From the IMG/VR virus record IMGVR_UViG_3300050162_000175, positions 1 through 38,855 of that record: a DNA stretch of 38,855 nucleotides. The stretch is one strand, 5' to 3'. The notes under the pieces are model-generated. The model was not told where the DNA came from, did not search any database, and saw nothing but the letters and a program-made list of their open reading frames with translations. Of the stretch, positions 9,715-18,520 are shown in pieces; position 1 is the first letter of the stretch, and each line of letters opens with the position of its first letter. This DNA comes from a virus. Its lineage: Duplodnaviria; Caudoviricetes. The position numbers were made by a program, and so were the translations under genes.

Positions 9715-10485
9715 TCAGGCGGCGGGTGCCGTATAGAAGCCGTAGAACTGGCCGCCAGCGTCGGCTGTCTGACGCGTCAGGTCGGCCAGCACGGTGCAGT
9801 CGAGCTCGAAGTCCAGGAAGTCACTGTTGATCAGCGACAGCGCTTTGGTCGGGCTGATCTTGACTCGGTACACGTCAGAGATCCCACGCTCGCCGGTGTC
9901 TGTGTTGATACCCTTGAGCCGAATGAAGAACTCTTTGGACACATCCTGGAATGCCCCGATCGCCCGATACGCGCCGGGCGTGAAGTCGGCCTTGAAGGGC
10001 TGCGTGTAAGGCCCGCCCGCGGTGAGGTTGAGCAACAGGATCTCAGCAGACAGCGGGTCAAAGCTGTAGTGCGTGTTGAGCGTCAAGGTCTTGGGCGTGG
10101 CCGTCGAATCCTTGATCGTCACGGTGTTGGCCGTGACGTTTTTCCCCGGCAGCGCGTACGCGTCGCCCACCACCATGCCAGCAGGCAAAACATGGCCGAC
10201 CACGGCAGAGCCTGCAGCCACATCGATGATCTTGCCAATCACGGCGCGCGCAAAATTCTTGCTGTTGAACTCGTCGCCCTTGAGCTTGAGCGTGCCGCCG
10301 CGCGACTTGGTCATCTTGCGGTAGGGCAAGCGCTGGCCGGTCATTGACTCGGCGCGCTCGACCGTCTCTTCGGTCAAGCCCAGCTCGAAGGTGTCGCAGT
10401 TGCCGAAGTCAGAGAAGATGCCGGGCAGGCCATTGGCCTGACGCTCAGCGATGGACACGATGCCTTGACCAGAAAAACCGGGCAT
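9715..10485 (-). CDS. Major tail tube protein
   Basis: 256 aa with FSGQG N-terminus, GNCDTFEL, and LSLINSDF...LAD. SD TAGGAG upstream; precedes the chaperone. Confidence 0.85.
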   Translation of the reverse strand: MPGFSGQGIVSIAERQANGLPGIFSDFGNCDTFELGLTEETVERAESMTGQRLPYRKMTKSRGGTLKLKGDEFNSKNFARAVIGKIIDVAAGSAVVGHVLPAGMVVGDAYALPGKNVTANTVTIKDSTATPKTLTLNTHYSFDPLSAEILLLNLTAGGPYTQPFKADFTPGAYRAIGAFQDVSKEFFIRLKGINTDTGERGISDVYRVKISPTKALSLINSDFLDFELDCTVLADLTRQTADAGGQFYGFYTAPAA

Positions 10486-10497
10486 GTTGGGCTCCTA

Positions 10498-10935
10498 TCA
10501 GATGTTGAGAGTGATCGAAAACGTGAGCGGGTACAGCGCGGTGTTGCCGCCATAGGTGGCCTTGCGGCCATTGATGCGCTTGAAGGCACGCGTGGTGCCC
10601 TCAGGCGCCCAGCCCGACAGGGCTTTGTGAATGCTTGACAGATACGGCCCTGCCTGGTGGTTGCGCGCTGCAGGGTCCACCTGGCTGGCGTTGCGCATGG
10701 CCAGCAGCACCGTCCAGACCTGGTCGACCAACTGGCTCGCGCCGCGGCCAGCCGCATCGGTGAACAGGTCTTGCTCGTACAGCACGAAGGCATCGAGCGT
10801 GCGCACATTGGCCTCGGTGGCTTGCGCGAGCAGCTCGATGCCGCGCACCGCCAGGCCGCTCACCTCACTCTTGAGGCGGGCCTCAATGCGCGAGCCAATG
10901 AACAGGTAATCAGCGAGCAAGTCAGCGTTGGCCAT
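10498..10935 (-). CDS. Tail terminator / Mu gp37-like neck protein
   Basis: Probable start MANADLL at 10935, next to the gp36 stop. IHKALSGWAP and C-terminal YPLTF; positional assignment. Confidence 0.7.
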   Translation of the reverse strand: MANADLLADYLFIGSRIEARLKSEVSGLAVRGIELLAQATEANVRTLDAFVLYEQDLFTDAAGRGASQLVDQVWTVLLAMRNASQVDPAARNHQAGPYLSSIHKALSGWAPEGTTRAFKRINGRKATYGGNTALYPLTFSITLNI

Positions 10936-10936
10936 G

Positions 10937-11371
10937 TCAGCAATCCCGCCAGGCTGGATCACGCCCGAAGTGCTTGGTGCCGGTATTGAACTCAACCTCG
11001 CCCACGCCTGCTGGTGCAGGCACGTCGGCAGGCTGGATCAGATTGATGGTGCCCTTGGCGATGGCCATGAAATAGCGCTCGGCCGATTCGTACATCTTGG
11101 TCACGGCCTCGTCAGCCTGCGCTGACATGAGCATGTAGCGGGCCACGTTGCAGCAGTGCATGGACAGCAGCTGCTGCGCACCCGCATCAAGCACTGGCAC
11201 GCTGTAGCGGCCGACCAGGTAGCCATCGATCCAGGCGCTGGCATCAGCCAGGGCGCGATCAAGCACAGCCGCATTGGTGGAACCCAGCCTTGGCAATGCC
11301 AGGTCGGTGAGCTGCTCAACTTCGGCGGTACCGAATTTCAGCTCCATGTGGGCGCGGGTGGCGTAGGGCAT
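10937..11371 (-). CDS. Head-tail adaptor, Mu gp36 / DUF1320 family
   Basis: MPYAT...FG...LTD...ALADASAWIDGYLVGRYSVP...CCNVARY...IAKGTINL. Confidence 0.9.
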   Translation of the reverse strand: MPYATRAHMELKFGTAEVEQLTDLALPRLGSTNAAVLDRALADASAWIDGYLVGRYSVPVLDAGAQQLLSMHCCNVARYMLMSAQADEAVTKMYESAERYFMAIAKGTINLIQPADVPAPAGVGEVEFNTGTKHFGRDPAWRDC

Positions 11372-11385
11372 GGAGGGGCCGCTCG

Positions 11386-11616
11386 TCAAACGTGGGTGGC
11401 GCCGATGGCTGGCACGGGCTGGCCGCACACATTGGTGCAGCTCACGCTGTTGCCGCCAACGACAAAGTCCAGCGTCTGGCCATCGCGGCCAGATGGGTGG
11501 ATGTAGAAGGTGCAGCCACCATCAGATTGCAGGCGCACGCGCAAGCTGTGATCGATCGCGCCGGCCTTGGCTGCATCGACCAGGTACTGCTCAAGGGTTT
11601 GGGTTTTGTGGGGCAT
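11386..11616 (-). CDS. Hypothetical protein (76 aa)
   Basis: ATG at 11616, MPHKTQTLEQ...FYIHPSGRDGQTLDFVV; fills the gap in the late operon. Confidence 0.6.
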   Translation of the reverse strand: MPHKTQTLEQYLVDAAKAGAIDHSLRVRLQSDGGCTFYIHPSGRDGQTLDFVVGGNSVSCTNVCGQPVPAIGATHV

Positions 11617-11841
11617 GTAATGGCTCTGAAGTTGACGGGGGTTTAAACCCAACACATCCCCTGCTATCCACCCCCGTCAGAGGTTCACAGGTTGAGTCGG
11701 TTCCCAGGCTCCACAACGCAGACCCGACAAGGGCGTTGCTTCAATGCCTTCGCGGCGTGGTGTATAGGTGCCAGGCTCCCACTGGCTGCGGCTGAACAAG
11801 GCCTCTGCTGCAACATGGCAGCGCCTCTCGCCCCTCCAGGC

Positions 11842-12093
11842 TCAGGTCTTGGCGGCGCCTGCAGCCTCATAGGCTGCGGGCTCTTCGAACGTGGTGCGCA
11901 CAGTGATCAAGCGGGACTCGCTCTCGATGGCATCGAGCTGCTCGGCAGTGAGGTCGGCCAGCTTGATGACCTTGGCCTCGGGGCCGAAGGCGTGGCCTGC
12001 GCGGCGAAAGCCCTCGCTGGCGCACAGCACCTTGATCGCCTCTGTGGAGCCGGCGCTTGCCGCCGCTTTGCCCGTGTTTTTGATGGTAGCCAT
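11842..12093 (-). CDS. Mu gp35 / HI1506-like small protein
   Basis: EGFRRAGHAF...LTAEQLDAIESESRLITV; follows the capsid gene; SD GGAG. Confidence 0.8.
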   Translation of the reverse strand: MATIKNTGKAAASAGSTEAIKVLCASEGFRRAGHAFGPEAKVIKLADLTAEQLDAIESESRLITVRTTFEEPAAYEAAGAAKT

Positions 12094-12134
12094 TGCTGAT
12101 ATCTCCGGTGTGGTTTGCGTTGCGGCCTGGCTGA

Positions 12135-13025
12135 TCAGGACAGCCAGGGGCAGACCAGCACCTCAGCGGTGTTGGCGTACACGTTGTCTGCGCCGTTGGC
12201 CCCGCGCTGTTGCTTGATCACTTCGAGCGCGGCCATTTCGAGGTTGGGCGGCACCAGCAGCAGGTTGCCCATCACGTTCAGCGGCTTGCCGTTGTCGGCC
12301 TTGAAGCTGCCCATCTCGGAGCGCGCTGCGGCGTAGGCGGTTTTGTCCAGCGGCTGCTTGGAGCCGTAGGCAAACTGCCACATGCCAAAGCCCACGTTCG
12401 AGCGGCCGTCGGCGCCGTACACAAAAGTGTTTTTCTTGAACACGTCCTCGTCGTCCAGCTTGTCTTTGGCGATGAAGTTGTAGGGGCGGCGCTTTTGCAA
12501 AATGATCGGCTTGATGATCTTGCGCATGTCCAGCAGATACCAGGCCGAGCCGGTGCCACCCTGGAAGTTGCTGACCGATGCCACCTTGCCCGGCAGGCCC
12601 ACCGGGTGGTCCGTGTCGAAGAAGTACTGGCCGTCGTAGCAAGCGGTGTTGAAGCCCTGTTGAAGCAGGCTGAACACCAGCTCGTCAGGGTGCAGGGCCG
12701 AGTCCTGGCCGAGCTGCGACATGAGCGGCGAGAACACACCGTATTGATCGTCCTCGATCGAATCGCGGTCCACCTCAACGGTGTTTTCAAAGCGCTTGTT
12801 CTTGATCGAGTAGCTGTGCGTTTTGAGGGCCTGGTATTGGCGCTCGCCCAGCCACTCACGAAAGGTGGTGCTCATGCCCAGCCAGCCGTACTTTTCTTCG
12901 CTGGTGGTGGAGGGCACCGTCATCGCGATGCGGCCGGACATGGGCGCAGCGACATCGAACGCGCCCTTGAAGGCGGCGTTGAACGACTGGTTGAGGATGG
13001 CCATGTTGGCCGCATTGATGATCAT
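12135..13025 (-). CDS. Major capsid protein, Mu gpT family
   Basis: VPSTT..EKYGWLG...REWLGER, IEDDQYG, HPDELVF, CYDGQYFFDTDHPV, KPIILQKR, GFGMWQFAYGS, LLVPP.LE. Confidence 0.96.
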   Translation of the reverse strand: MIINAANMAILNQSFNAAFKGAFDVAAPMSGRIAMTVPSTTSEEKYGWLGMSTTFREWLGERQYQALKTHSYSIKNKRFENTVEVDRDSIEDDQYGVFSPLMSQLGQDSALHPDELVFSLLQQGFNTACYDGQYFFDTDHPVGLPGKVASVSNFQGGTGSAWYLLDMRKIIKPIILQKRRPYNFIAKDKLDDEDVFKKNTFVYGADGRSNVGFGMWQFAYGSKQPLDKTAYAAARSEMGSFKADNGKPLNVMGNLLLVPPNLEMAALEVIKQQRGANGADNVYANTAEVLVCPWLS

Positions 13026-13064
13026 TGCTGAGCTCCTGCTGGATGAGGTGGTGGCGGGGTGGCT

Positions 13065-13472
13065 TTAGATGTCGATCCAGACGCCGTCAGCGTCCACATC
13101 GACGATCTTGCCGGCCACAGGGCGCGTGTTGGTTGCGCTTGTCTTGGCCACCGTCTGGTTGTCAACCACATAGGCCATATCGTTGACGTTGGCCAGCGTG
13201 ATCTGATCAGCGCCCGCGCTGTTGGCGAACTGGTAGCAGCCACGGCGTACGCTGCCTTTGACCGCGCCATCAGCGCCCGCGCTGTTGTCGATATCGAACT
13301 CGGTGATGCCAACCACCTTATGCGTGGCAACCGCCGCGGCATTGACCATGAAACCGGTGGAGGCGATGGCGGCCAATACGCCAACAGGGATCTTGGTTGC
13401 GGCGGCGAGGCCAAACGAGAACTGCCGGCCGTCGCGGCGTTTGGTCTGACGACCTTCGGTGGTAGCGGTCAT
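13065..13472 (-). CDS. Capsid cement/decoration-like protein
   Basis: 135 aa; DNSAGADG, YVVDNQTVAKT, AGKIVDVDADGVW; conserved position between protease and capsid genes. Confidence 0.7.
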   Translation of the reverse strand: MTATTEGRQTKRRDGRQFSFGLAAATKIPVGVLAAIASTGFMVNAAAVATHKVVGITEFDIDNSAGADGAVKGSVRRGCYQFANSAGADQITLANVNDMAYVVDNQTVAKTSATNTRPVAGKIVDVDADGVWIDI

Positions 13473-13513
13473 GTGTGGTGACTCCGTTGATGTGGTGTGC
13501 GTGCGCTACCTGC

Positions 13514-14074
13514 TCAGGCAGCGGCCTTGTCGTACTGCTCTTTGCTCAAGCCCATGCGGGCCAGCACATCGGCCTCGACAGCGCTGAGCGCGGCCTTGTC
13601 GCCGCCGCCCGCGCCAGGGTCATTGCCACCGGTTTGGGTGGCACCCAGCGGCAGCACGGGGGCTGCGGCGATGTAGTTGCTGAGCGCAGCCATGTCCTTG
13701 TTGCCCAGCTCAGTGGCCCAGGCCTGCATGGCGGGAACGAGCTTGCCGCTCTTGAGGGCGTCGTCCACCAAGGTCTTGACGGCGCTGGCCGTGGTCTTGC
13801 TCGACAGCTCAGCCACTTGCGCCTGCAGCGCCTGGATGGTGGACAGCGTGGTGTTGCTGGTGCCCTTGGCTTGCTCTTGCAGGCCCTCGATGGCGCTCAC
13901 GGCCACCGACAGATCGGCATCAGCCTTGATCGACAGCGCCGCGGCCAGCGGCTGCGGGATGACGGGTTGCGCATCAGCGCGGGCCTTGAGTGCGGCCACG
14001 GCAGACAGCGCCTCGGTTTCGTTGGTGTCAGCCTTGAGGGACAAGGCGGCGATCAGCATTTGCAGCAGATTCAT
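13514..14074 (-). CDS. Putative internally initiated scaffold protein (Mu Z-like)
   Basis: In-frame ATG (MNLLQML) at 14074 preceded by GGAG, at the end of the protease domain. Mu gene I encodes scaffold Z from an internal start. Confidence 0.55.
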   Translation of the reverse strand: MNLLQMLIAALSLKADTNETEALSAVAALKARADAQPVIPQPLAAALSIKADADLSVAVSAIEGLQEQAKGTSNTTLSTIQALQAQVAELSSKTTASAVKTLVDDALKSGKLVPAMQAWATELGNKDMAALSNYIAAAPVLPLGATQTGGNDPGAGGGDKAALSAVEADVLARMGLSKEQYDKAAA

Positions 14075-14617
14075 ACCGGGCTCCGGTGTGCGTTGTTGAG
14101 AGAGGGCGGCGAGCAGATCGGCCTGGAGCGCCGCAACGAGCGCCTCCATGCCGAGCAGTGCGGGGGTGTTGACCAGGGCAGCGTTGAGCACGCCAGTCAC
14201 GTTGCCAGCTTCATCAAACTGGATGAGCGGGCTGATGTAGAGGTACTCCTCTGCATCGATATAGGCCTGGGCCTTGGCTGTCCACTTGACGTTGAGTGCA
14301 TACAGGCCCTTGCCTGCACGCCACTCGAACTGCGTGGCGCGGCCCGAGGCAGGCGCTGGCTGGCCATTCTTGAGGGCGTGCAGCGTCTGGTGTTCGTAGT
14401 CAAAGGTGAAGGCCGAGAGCGCGGCAATGCGCGTCAACTCGGCCGCGAGTGTTACGCCTTGCGCATCGCTGACCCTCCAAAACTTTCCCGGGCCTGGCCG
14501 GCCATCACGTGCCTTGAACTCACCAGCTGGCAGCAGCTGCACATCGCCAGCTTTATCCAAAGCGATGGCGCTGAGCAGTGCAACTTGCGTGGGCTTGGTG
14601 AGGGGCTGTGTTTTCAT
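13514..14617 (-). CDS. Mu-like prohead protease I, with probable internal scaffold
   Basis: QLLPAGEFKARDGRP, DYEHQT, PAPASG, VKWT..A...I...EY.YISP, ALVNTPAL, followed by an Ala-rich coiled-coil tail. Confidence 0.93.
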   Translation of the reverse strand: MKTQPLTKPTQVALLSAIALDKAGDVQLLPAGEFKARDGRPGPGKFWRVSDAQGVTLAAELTRIAALSAFTFDYEHQTLHALKNGQPAPASGRATQFEWRAGKGLYALNVKWTAKAQAYIDAEEYLYISPLIQFDEAGNVTGVLNAALVNTPALLGMEALVAALQADLLAALSQQRTPEPGMNLLQMLIAALSLKADTNETEALSAVAALKARADAQPVIPQPLAAALSIKADADLSVAVSAIEGLQEQAKGTSNTTLSTIQALQAQVAELSSKTTASAVKTLVDDALKSGKLVPAMQAWATELGNKDMAALSNYIAAAPVLPLGATQTGGNDPGAGGGDKAALSAVEADVLARMGLSKEQYDKAAA

Positions 14618-14627
14618 AGCGTCGCCA

Positions 14628-14672
14628 GTTTCTGACGACGCGGCCTTGCGGGGAAGTTAAACGGGTTTAGAA
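14628..14672 (-). promoter_or_regulatory. Putative activator-dependent late promoter for the protease/capsid operon
   Basis: TTCTAAACCCGTTTAACTTCC, then 19 nt, then GAAACT (-10-like). Same motif and spacing upstream of the lysin gene. Confidence 0.7.
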
Positions 14673-15143
14673 ACCGCTTGCAAGGAAGCTCTCGATGTCG
14701 GCGACCAGGTCGGCCTCATCGGCAGGGCTGAGCTGGCCCGTTTGCCAGTTCAGAAACAGCAGCCCGCGGCGGGGCGGGTGCTTGCCATCTTTGCTGCCCG
14801 TCTCATGATATTGAGCGTAGGACTCGCTGAAGCCTGTTTCGAGCACACCACCAAACACCTGGCTGGCCAGGCTGTCTCGCATGTGCCTGCTGCGCTCCAA
14901 GAGGCTACCAGGGATCGAGCCACCGTATTTGCGCTCATACGATTTGAGCGTGGATTCTGCCAGCGCTTGCCACGGCACGCCAGCAGGATCTGTCTTGGTC
15001 TCAAAGCGCAGCTGGATGTTGCGCTCCAGCACGCCGCCCATGCTGCGCAGCAAGGCGTTGGGGTGATCGAGCACATCGATGGCGCGCAGCAGCATCTCAT
15101 CCACCGCGCGGCTGATCACATTGACGCGCAACACATCAGCCAC
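14667..15143 (-). CDS. Virion morphogenesis protein, Mu gpG family
   Basis: GTG at 15143 overlaps the F stop. RFETKTDPAGVPWQAL, MRDSL, YAQYHETG, PPRRGLL. Confidence 0.88.
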   Translation of the reverse strand: MADVLRVNVISRAVDEMLLRAIDVLDHPNALLRSMGGVLERNIQLRFETKTDPAGVPWQALAESTLKSYERKYGGSIPGSLLERSRHMRDSLASQVFGGVLETGFSESYAQYHETGSKDGKHPPRRGLLFLNWQTGQLSPADEADLVADIESFLASGF

Positions 15144-16455
15144 GGCGCCACACCTCTTTGAGCTGCTTGTTGCGCCGCACCTTGGCCCAGGTGGTGACCT
15201 GCAGTGATCGCACCAGATTGAGCAGGTCGGTGGCGCCGGGCTGCTGTACCAGCACATCCAGGCCCACGGCCAGCACTGCATCGGCCTTGCTTGCGCCGAG
15301 CAGCTCGATCAGCACGAGCAGCGTGTTGCCAGGCCCGACCAGGATGGCGCTGGGCCGCTCCATCAATACAGGCAGGCGCCCCATCACAGCCAGGTCGGCC
15401 GCGCTGACACCGGCCACAGCCTTGGCCATGTCGGCATCCCACATGCCCACCACGGCGCTGGCCGGGCGCACGCCTGCTGTGGCCAGTGCGCGCACCGCTT
15501 GCGGCGACAAGGCCGTGACGGCCTGCAGCACGCCACCACGCTGAAAGCTGCCCGCTTCAACAGCCTGGCTGATGCGCGTGGCCCAAGGCCCGAACTGCGC
15601 CGCGGCAGCGGTCACCATCTCTTGCCTTGCGAAAGTGGCTTGCGCCACAGCCACGGCGCTAGACAGCGGCGAGGCCGCCCAGGCCTTGCGCAGCGTTTGC
15701 TCGTGCAGCTGCTCGTCGCGGGCCTTGCCGGGGTTGTAGGCAAAGCCGGGGTCGATGCCCTTGGGCACTGCCGCGACCTCGCCAGTTCGCGGGTTGACGT
15801 AGTTGATCAGCTGCTCAGGCGGGGCATCGAACTGGAGGACTTTGCCGGCTGCCTTGAGGCGATCAATGCCCGCCTGGTCAAGGGCGAATGCCTTGCAGCG
15901 GCAGCGCCAGCCGCACGGGGGGAAGTGCGCTTGCCAGAATGGGTGGTCTACCGGCAGCACCAGGTTGTTCCAGGCCGCGTGCTCGGGCCGCACGCGGTCA
16001 TCATCCATCGTGCGGTAGATGATGAAGGGCATGCGCGCCTTGTTGCGCTCGATGCGGGCCCACTGGCCAGCGGCATAGCTTTGGCGTACGTTGACGTCAT
16101 AGATCAGCTGCAGGCGGCGGTTATCAAAGCGCGTGATGCGGCTCTCGCCCGTGGCCGGGTCTGTGATCTCGACATCGCCCCAGAAGCCCTTGGCGGCCAG
16201 CTCAGGCCGCACGGCCTTGGCAAAGTCGGCCAGCGTGCCGCCTTGCGCGAACTTGGTTTTGAAGGCCTCTTCGAACACCTGCAGCACATCCAGCCGCTGC
16301 ACACCGGCCACGGCCAGCGCGCGTGTGTGCTCCTCTTGCCAGACGTCTTGCCAGCGGAATGAGGGCTGCAGCAGCTTGCGTTGCTCGAATGCAGCGATGG
16401 CATCGCGGGGCTCGATGGTGCCGACGAGCAGGCCGGGTGGTGTGGCGATGGGCAC
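15136..16455 (-). CDS. Minor head protein MuF (SPP1 gp7 family) with C-terminal extension
   Basis: Probable GTG start at 16455. WQDVWQEEH, RRLQLIYDVN...YAAGQW, DDRVRPEH, HPFW..HFPPCGWRCRC, GIDPGFAYNPG. Confidence 0.92.
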   Translation of the reverse strand: MPIATPPGLLVGTIEPRDAIAAFEQRKLLQPSFRWQDVWQEEHTRALAVAGVQRLDVLQVFEEAFKTKFAQGGTLADFAKAVRPELAAKGFWGDVEITDPATGESRITRFDNRRLQLIYDVNVRQSYAAGQWARIERNKARMPFIIYRTMDDDRVRPEHAAWNNLVLPVDHPFWQAHFPPCGWRCRCKAFALDQAGIDRLKAAGKVLQFDAPPEQLINYVNPRTGEVAAVPKGIDPGFAYNPGKARDEQLHEQTLRKAWAASPLSSAVAVAQATFARQEMVTAAAAQFGPWATRISQAVEAGSFQRGGVLQAVTALSPQAVRALATAGVRPASAVVGMWDADMAKAVAGVSAADLAVMGRLPVLMERPSAILVGPGNTLLVLIELLGASKADAVLAVGLDVLVQQPGATDLLNLVRSLQVTTWAKVRRNKQLKEVWRRG

Positions 16456-16462
16456 GAGCGGC

Positions 16463-16672
16463 TTACCTCGGGTTGGCCTTGACGTATTGCTGCAGCTGCT
16501 TGTAGAGCGGGTGATCGGCCAGGTCGATGCGGGCCGTGTCAAGAGCGTCCATCACATCCTCCTCGATCGTGATCTTGACGGCCTTGATGTTGTAGCCCTT
16601 GAGGCCGCGCGTCTCAAACGAGATGCAAAAGGTGTTGCTGGGTGGCAGGGGCGCAGTTGGGTTCTTGCTCAC
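16463..16672 (-). CDS. Hypothetical protein (69 aa)
   Basis: GTG at 16672, just after the portal stop; VSKNPTAP...LYKQLQQYVKANPR; fills the portal-F gap. Confidence 0.6.
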   Translation of the reverse strand: MSKNPTAPLPPSNTFCISFETRGLKGYNIKAVKITIEEDVMDALDTARIDLADHPLYKQLQQYVKANPR

Positions 16673-16676
16673 GGTG

Positions 16677-18386
16677 TCATCCTTCGAGGTCAGCTTCGCC
16701 CGCCAGCCGGGCCAGGAATGCAGCACGCGCCAGGCGCTCAGCTTGCGGGCGTGTGTCCATCTGCTCGATCAGCTCGGGCAGGCGTGCGCGGAAGGCCTCC
16801 AGGCTTTCCCCTACCGCAACAGCCTTGTCCAATGCAGCGAGCAGCGGCTGCACCATCGGCTCTATCACGGGGCGCCAGTCGGCGGTGGCCTCGGCCACGA
16901 GCTCGTCGAGTGCATCAGCAGGCTGACCAGGCAGCAGCGTGGCCAGCGCGGCCTTGGCGCCTGGCTTGGGCGGCACAGGCGGCACCACCTTGGTCTGATC
17001 AACTGGTGGCGCCGGCACGGCAGGCGCTTTGCCACCTGGTGCGGCCACCGCAGCCGGGTCATTGCCACCAGGTGGCACCACCGCGCCCGGGTCTGCACCA
17101 GGCGCCGCAGCACCAGGCAGTTGCGCCGGGCTGAAGCCCTTGAGCAGCGTGGCACCCGCATCAGCACGCGGAATGCGCACACGCTTGTGCAGCTCGGCCA
17201 CATCAAACTCCATGCCGGCCGCGGCGAGCTTGGGCAGGGCGTCTGCATAGAGCGCCAGGTCCTCGGGCTGCGGCACATCAATCTTGAGGCAGGGCAGGCG
17301 GCGCGGGTCAGCGCCCGGCTTGTTGAGCAACACCATCGGCCTGATCAGCTGCTGTGTCACGGTAGCAGCCAGGCGCTTGGAGTCGCTTTGCAAAATGTCC
17401 AGCCGCACATCGTTGTGCACGTTGCCCAGTGCCTGCGTGCCGTTCTTGCCCTCTGAGGACGTCAGCGTTTGTCCCACGATCACGCGGGACTCGATCGACT
17501 CCATCTTGTCAATCATGACCTCGAAGGGCTTCTCGTTGCCCTGGGCCGCATTGGCAAAGTCAATGCTCATGCCCGCCGGGATGATGCCGGCAGCGTTGTG
17601 GCCAATGCCCACCACCGCTTGCAGCAGCTTGCGCTTTTCAATGTCGCTGGAGCCCGATGGGTATTTGCCCAGGCGCAGTGGCAGGCCGTAGATCTCCAGA
17701 AACTCGGCCAGGTCGCGCGTGGCGTAGTTCTTGAACAAGTAGGGCAGCGCCAGCACGCGGGCCAGCGCAGCGCGTGCGGGGTAGCCCGAGCGTGAGCGGG
17801 GCTGGTGCACCAGCCAATTGAAGGGGCGCAGGGGCTCACCGTAGGCGGCGGTGGAGCGCAGCGTGAGATGGGTGCGCTCTTCATTGAGTGTGAGCCAGCG
17901 CTGCGGGCGCGAGGCAAAGCGGGGCTGCAGCGTGCCCTGGTCCAGTTCCCACCACAGCTCGATGGGCTTGAAGCCCTTGAGGATGCCGTCGAGCAGCTCC
18001 AGCAGCACGTCTTCTTCAAAGTTGGGAATGTCGCGCAGCCACTCTTCCACCTCAGCGGCTTGCGCCTCTTCTTCGGGGCTGGCGCCCTCAGGCGGCTCGA
18101 CAGACCACTCCAGATTGATCACCGCCGTCTTGCGCACAGCGAGCTGGGCGTAGATGTGGCCGTCGCGCTCCTCCATATCGTCAGCCAGGTCAAGCAGCGA
18201 GAGCAGGTTGCCGCGCTCGGCCTCGCTCAAGATGGCGTTGAGCTTGGCCGGCGTCAGGCCGCGGCCGGGGTGGTTTTCAAACTCACCCTTGAGGTAGCCC
18301 AGGCGTGCCTGGTTGCTGTTTGCCTCGCTTTGCGGCTCGCGGATCGCGGCCAGGTCAATGGGGTTGCCGTGCAAGTCCAGGATCAT
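16677..18386 (-). CDS. Portal protein, Mu gp29 / DUF935 family
   Basis: HPGRGLTPAKL..IL..AE.G, DMEERDGH, FLEIYGLPLRLGKY, IVGQTLTS, ALGNVHNDVRLD. Confidence 0.95.
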   Translation of the reverse strand: MILDLHGNPIDLAAIREPQSEANSNQARLGYLKGEFENHPGRGLTPAKLNAILSEAERGNLLSLLDLADDMEERDGHIYAQLAVRKTAVINLEWSVEPPEGASPEEEAQAAEVEEWLRDIPNFEEDVLLELLDGILKGFKPIELWWELDQGTLQPRFASRPQRWLTLNEERTHLTLRSTAAYGEPLRPFNWLVHQPRSRSGYPARAALARVLALPYLFKNYATRDLAEFLEIYGLPLRLGKYPSGSSDIEKRKLLQAVVGIGHNAAGIIPAGMSIDFANAAQGNEKPFEVMIDKMESIESRVIVGQTLTSSEGKNGTQALGNVHNDVRLDILQSDSKRLAATVTQQLIRPMVLLNKPGADPRRLPCLKIDVPQPEDLALYADALPKLAAAGMEFDVAELHKRVRIPRADAGATLLKGFSPAQLPGAAAPGADPGAVVPPGGNDPAAVAAPGGKAPAVPAPPVDQTKVVPPVPPKPGAKAALATLLPGQPADALDELVAEATADWRPVIEPMVQPLLAALDKAVAVGESLEAFRARLPELIEQMDTRPQAERLARAAFLARLAGEADLEG

Positions 18387-18468
18387 CACAAACCTCGTTA
18401 TTCAAAATCGGGCCTCAGGCGCGCTCAAGGGCCTTGCCTACCCGCTGATATGGGCGGCGCTGTTTACC

Positions 18469-18492
18469 GCGTTCATGAACGTTCATGAACGC
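18469..18492. repeat. 24-bp perfect palindrome built from two tandem GTTCATGAAC palindromes
   Basis: GCGTTCATGAACGTTCATGAACGC in the terminase-portal intergenic region. Confidence 0.9.
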
Positions 18493-18520
18493 CCCGGCGC
18501 CACAAACGCACGGCAATTGG

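Noticed and set aside
11628-11650. Degenerate third copy of the late-promoter motif (TTTAAACCCCCGTCAACTTC on the minus strand)
   Set aside because: The dyad is broken, and the next ATG is only about 11 nt away, leaving no room for the 19-nt spacer and -10 seen in the two true copies. It is better explained as one arm of a hairpin.
16930-17130. Pro/Ala/Gly low-complexity stretch in the portal as an intein or insertion element
   Set aside because: No intein motifs (C1, HN-C/S/T) and no terminal repeats; it looks like a disordered linker.
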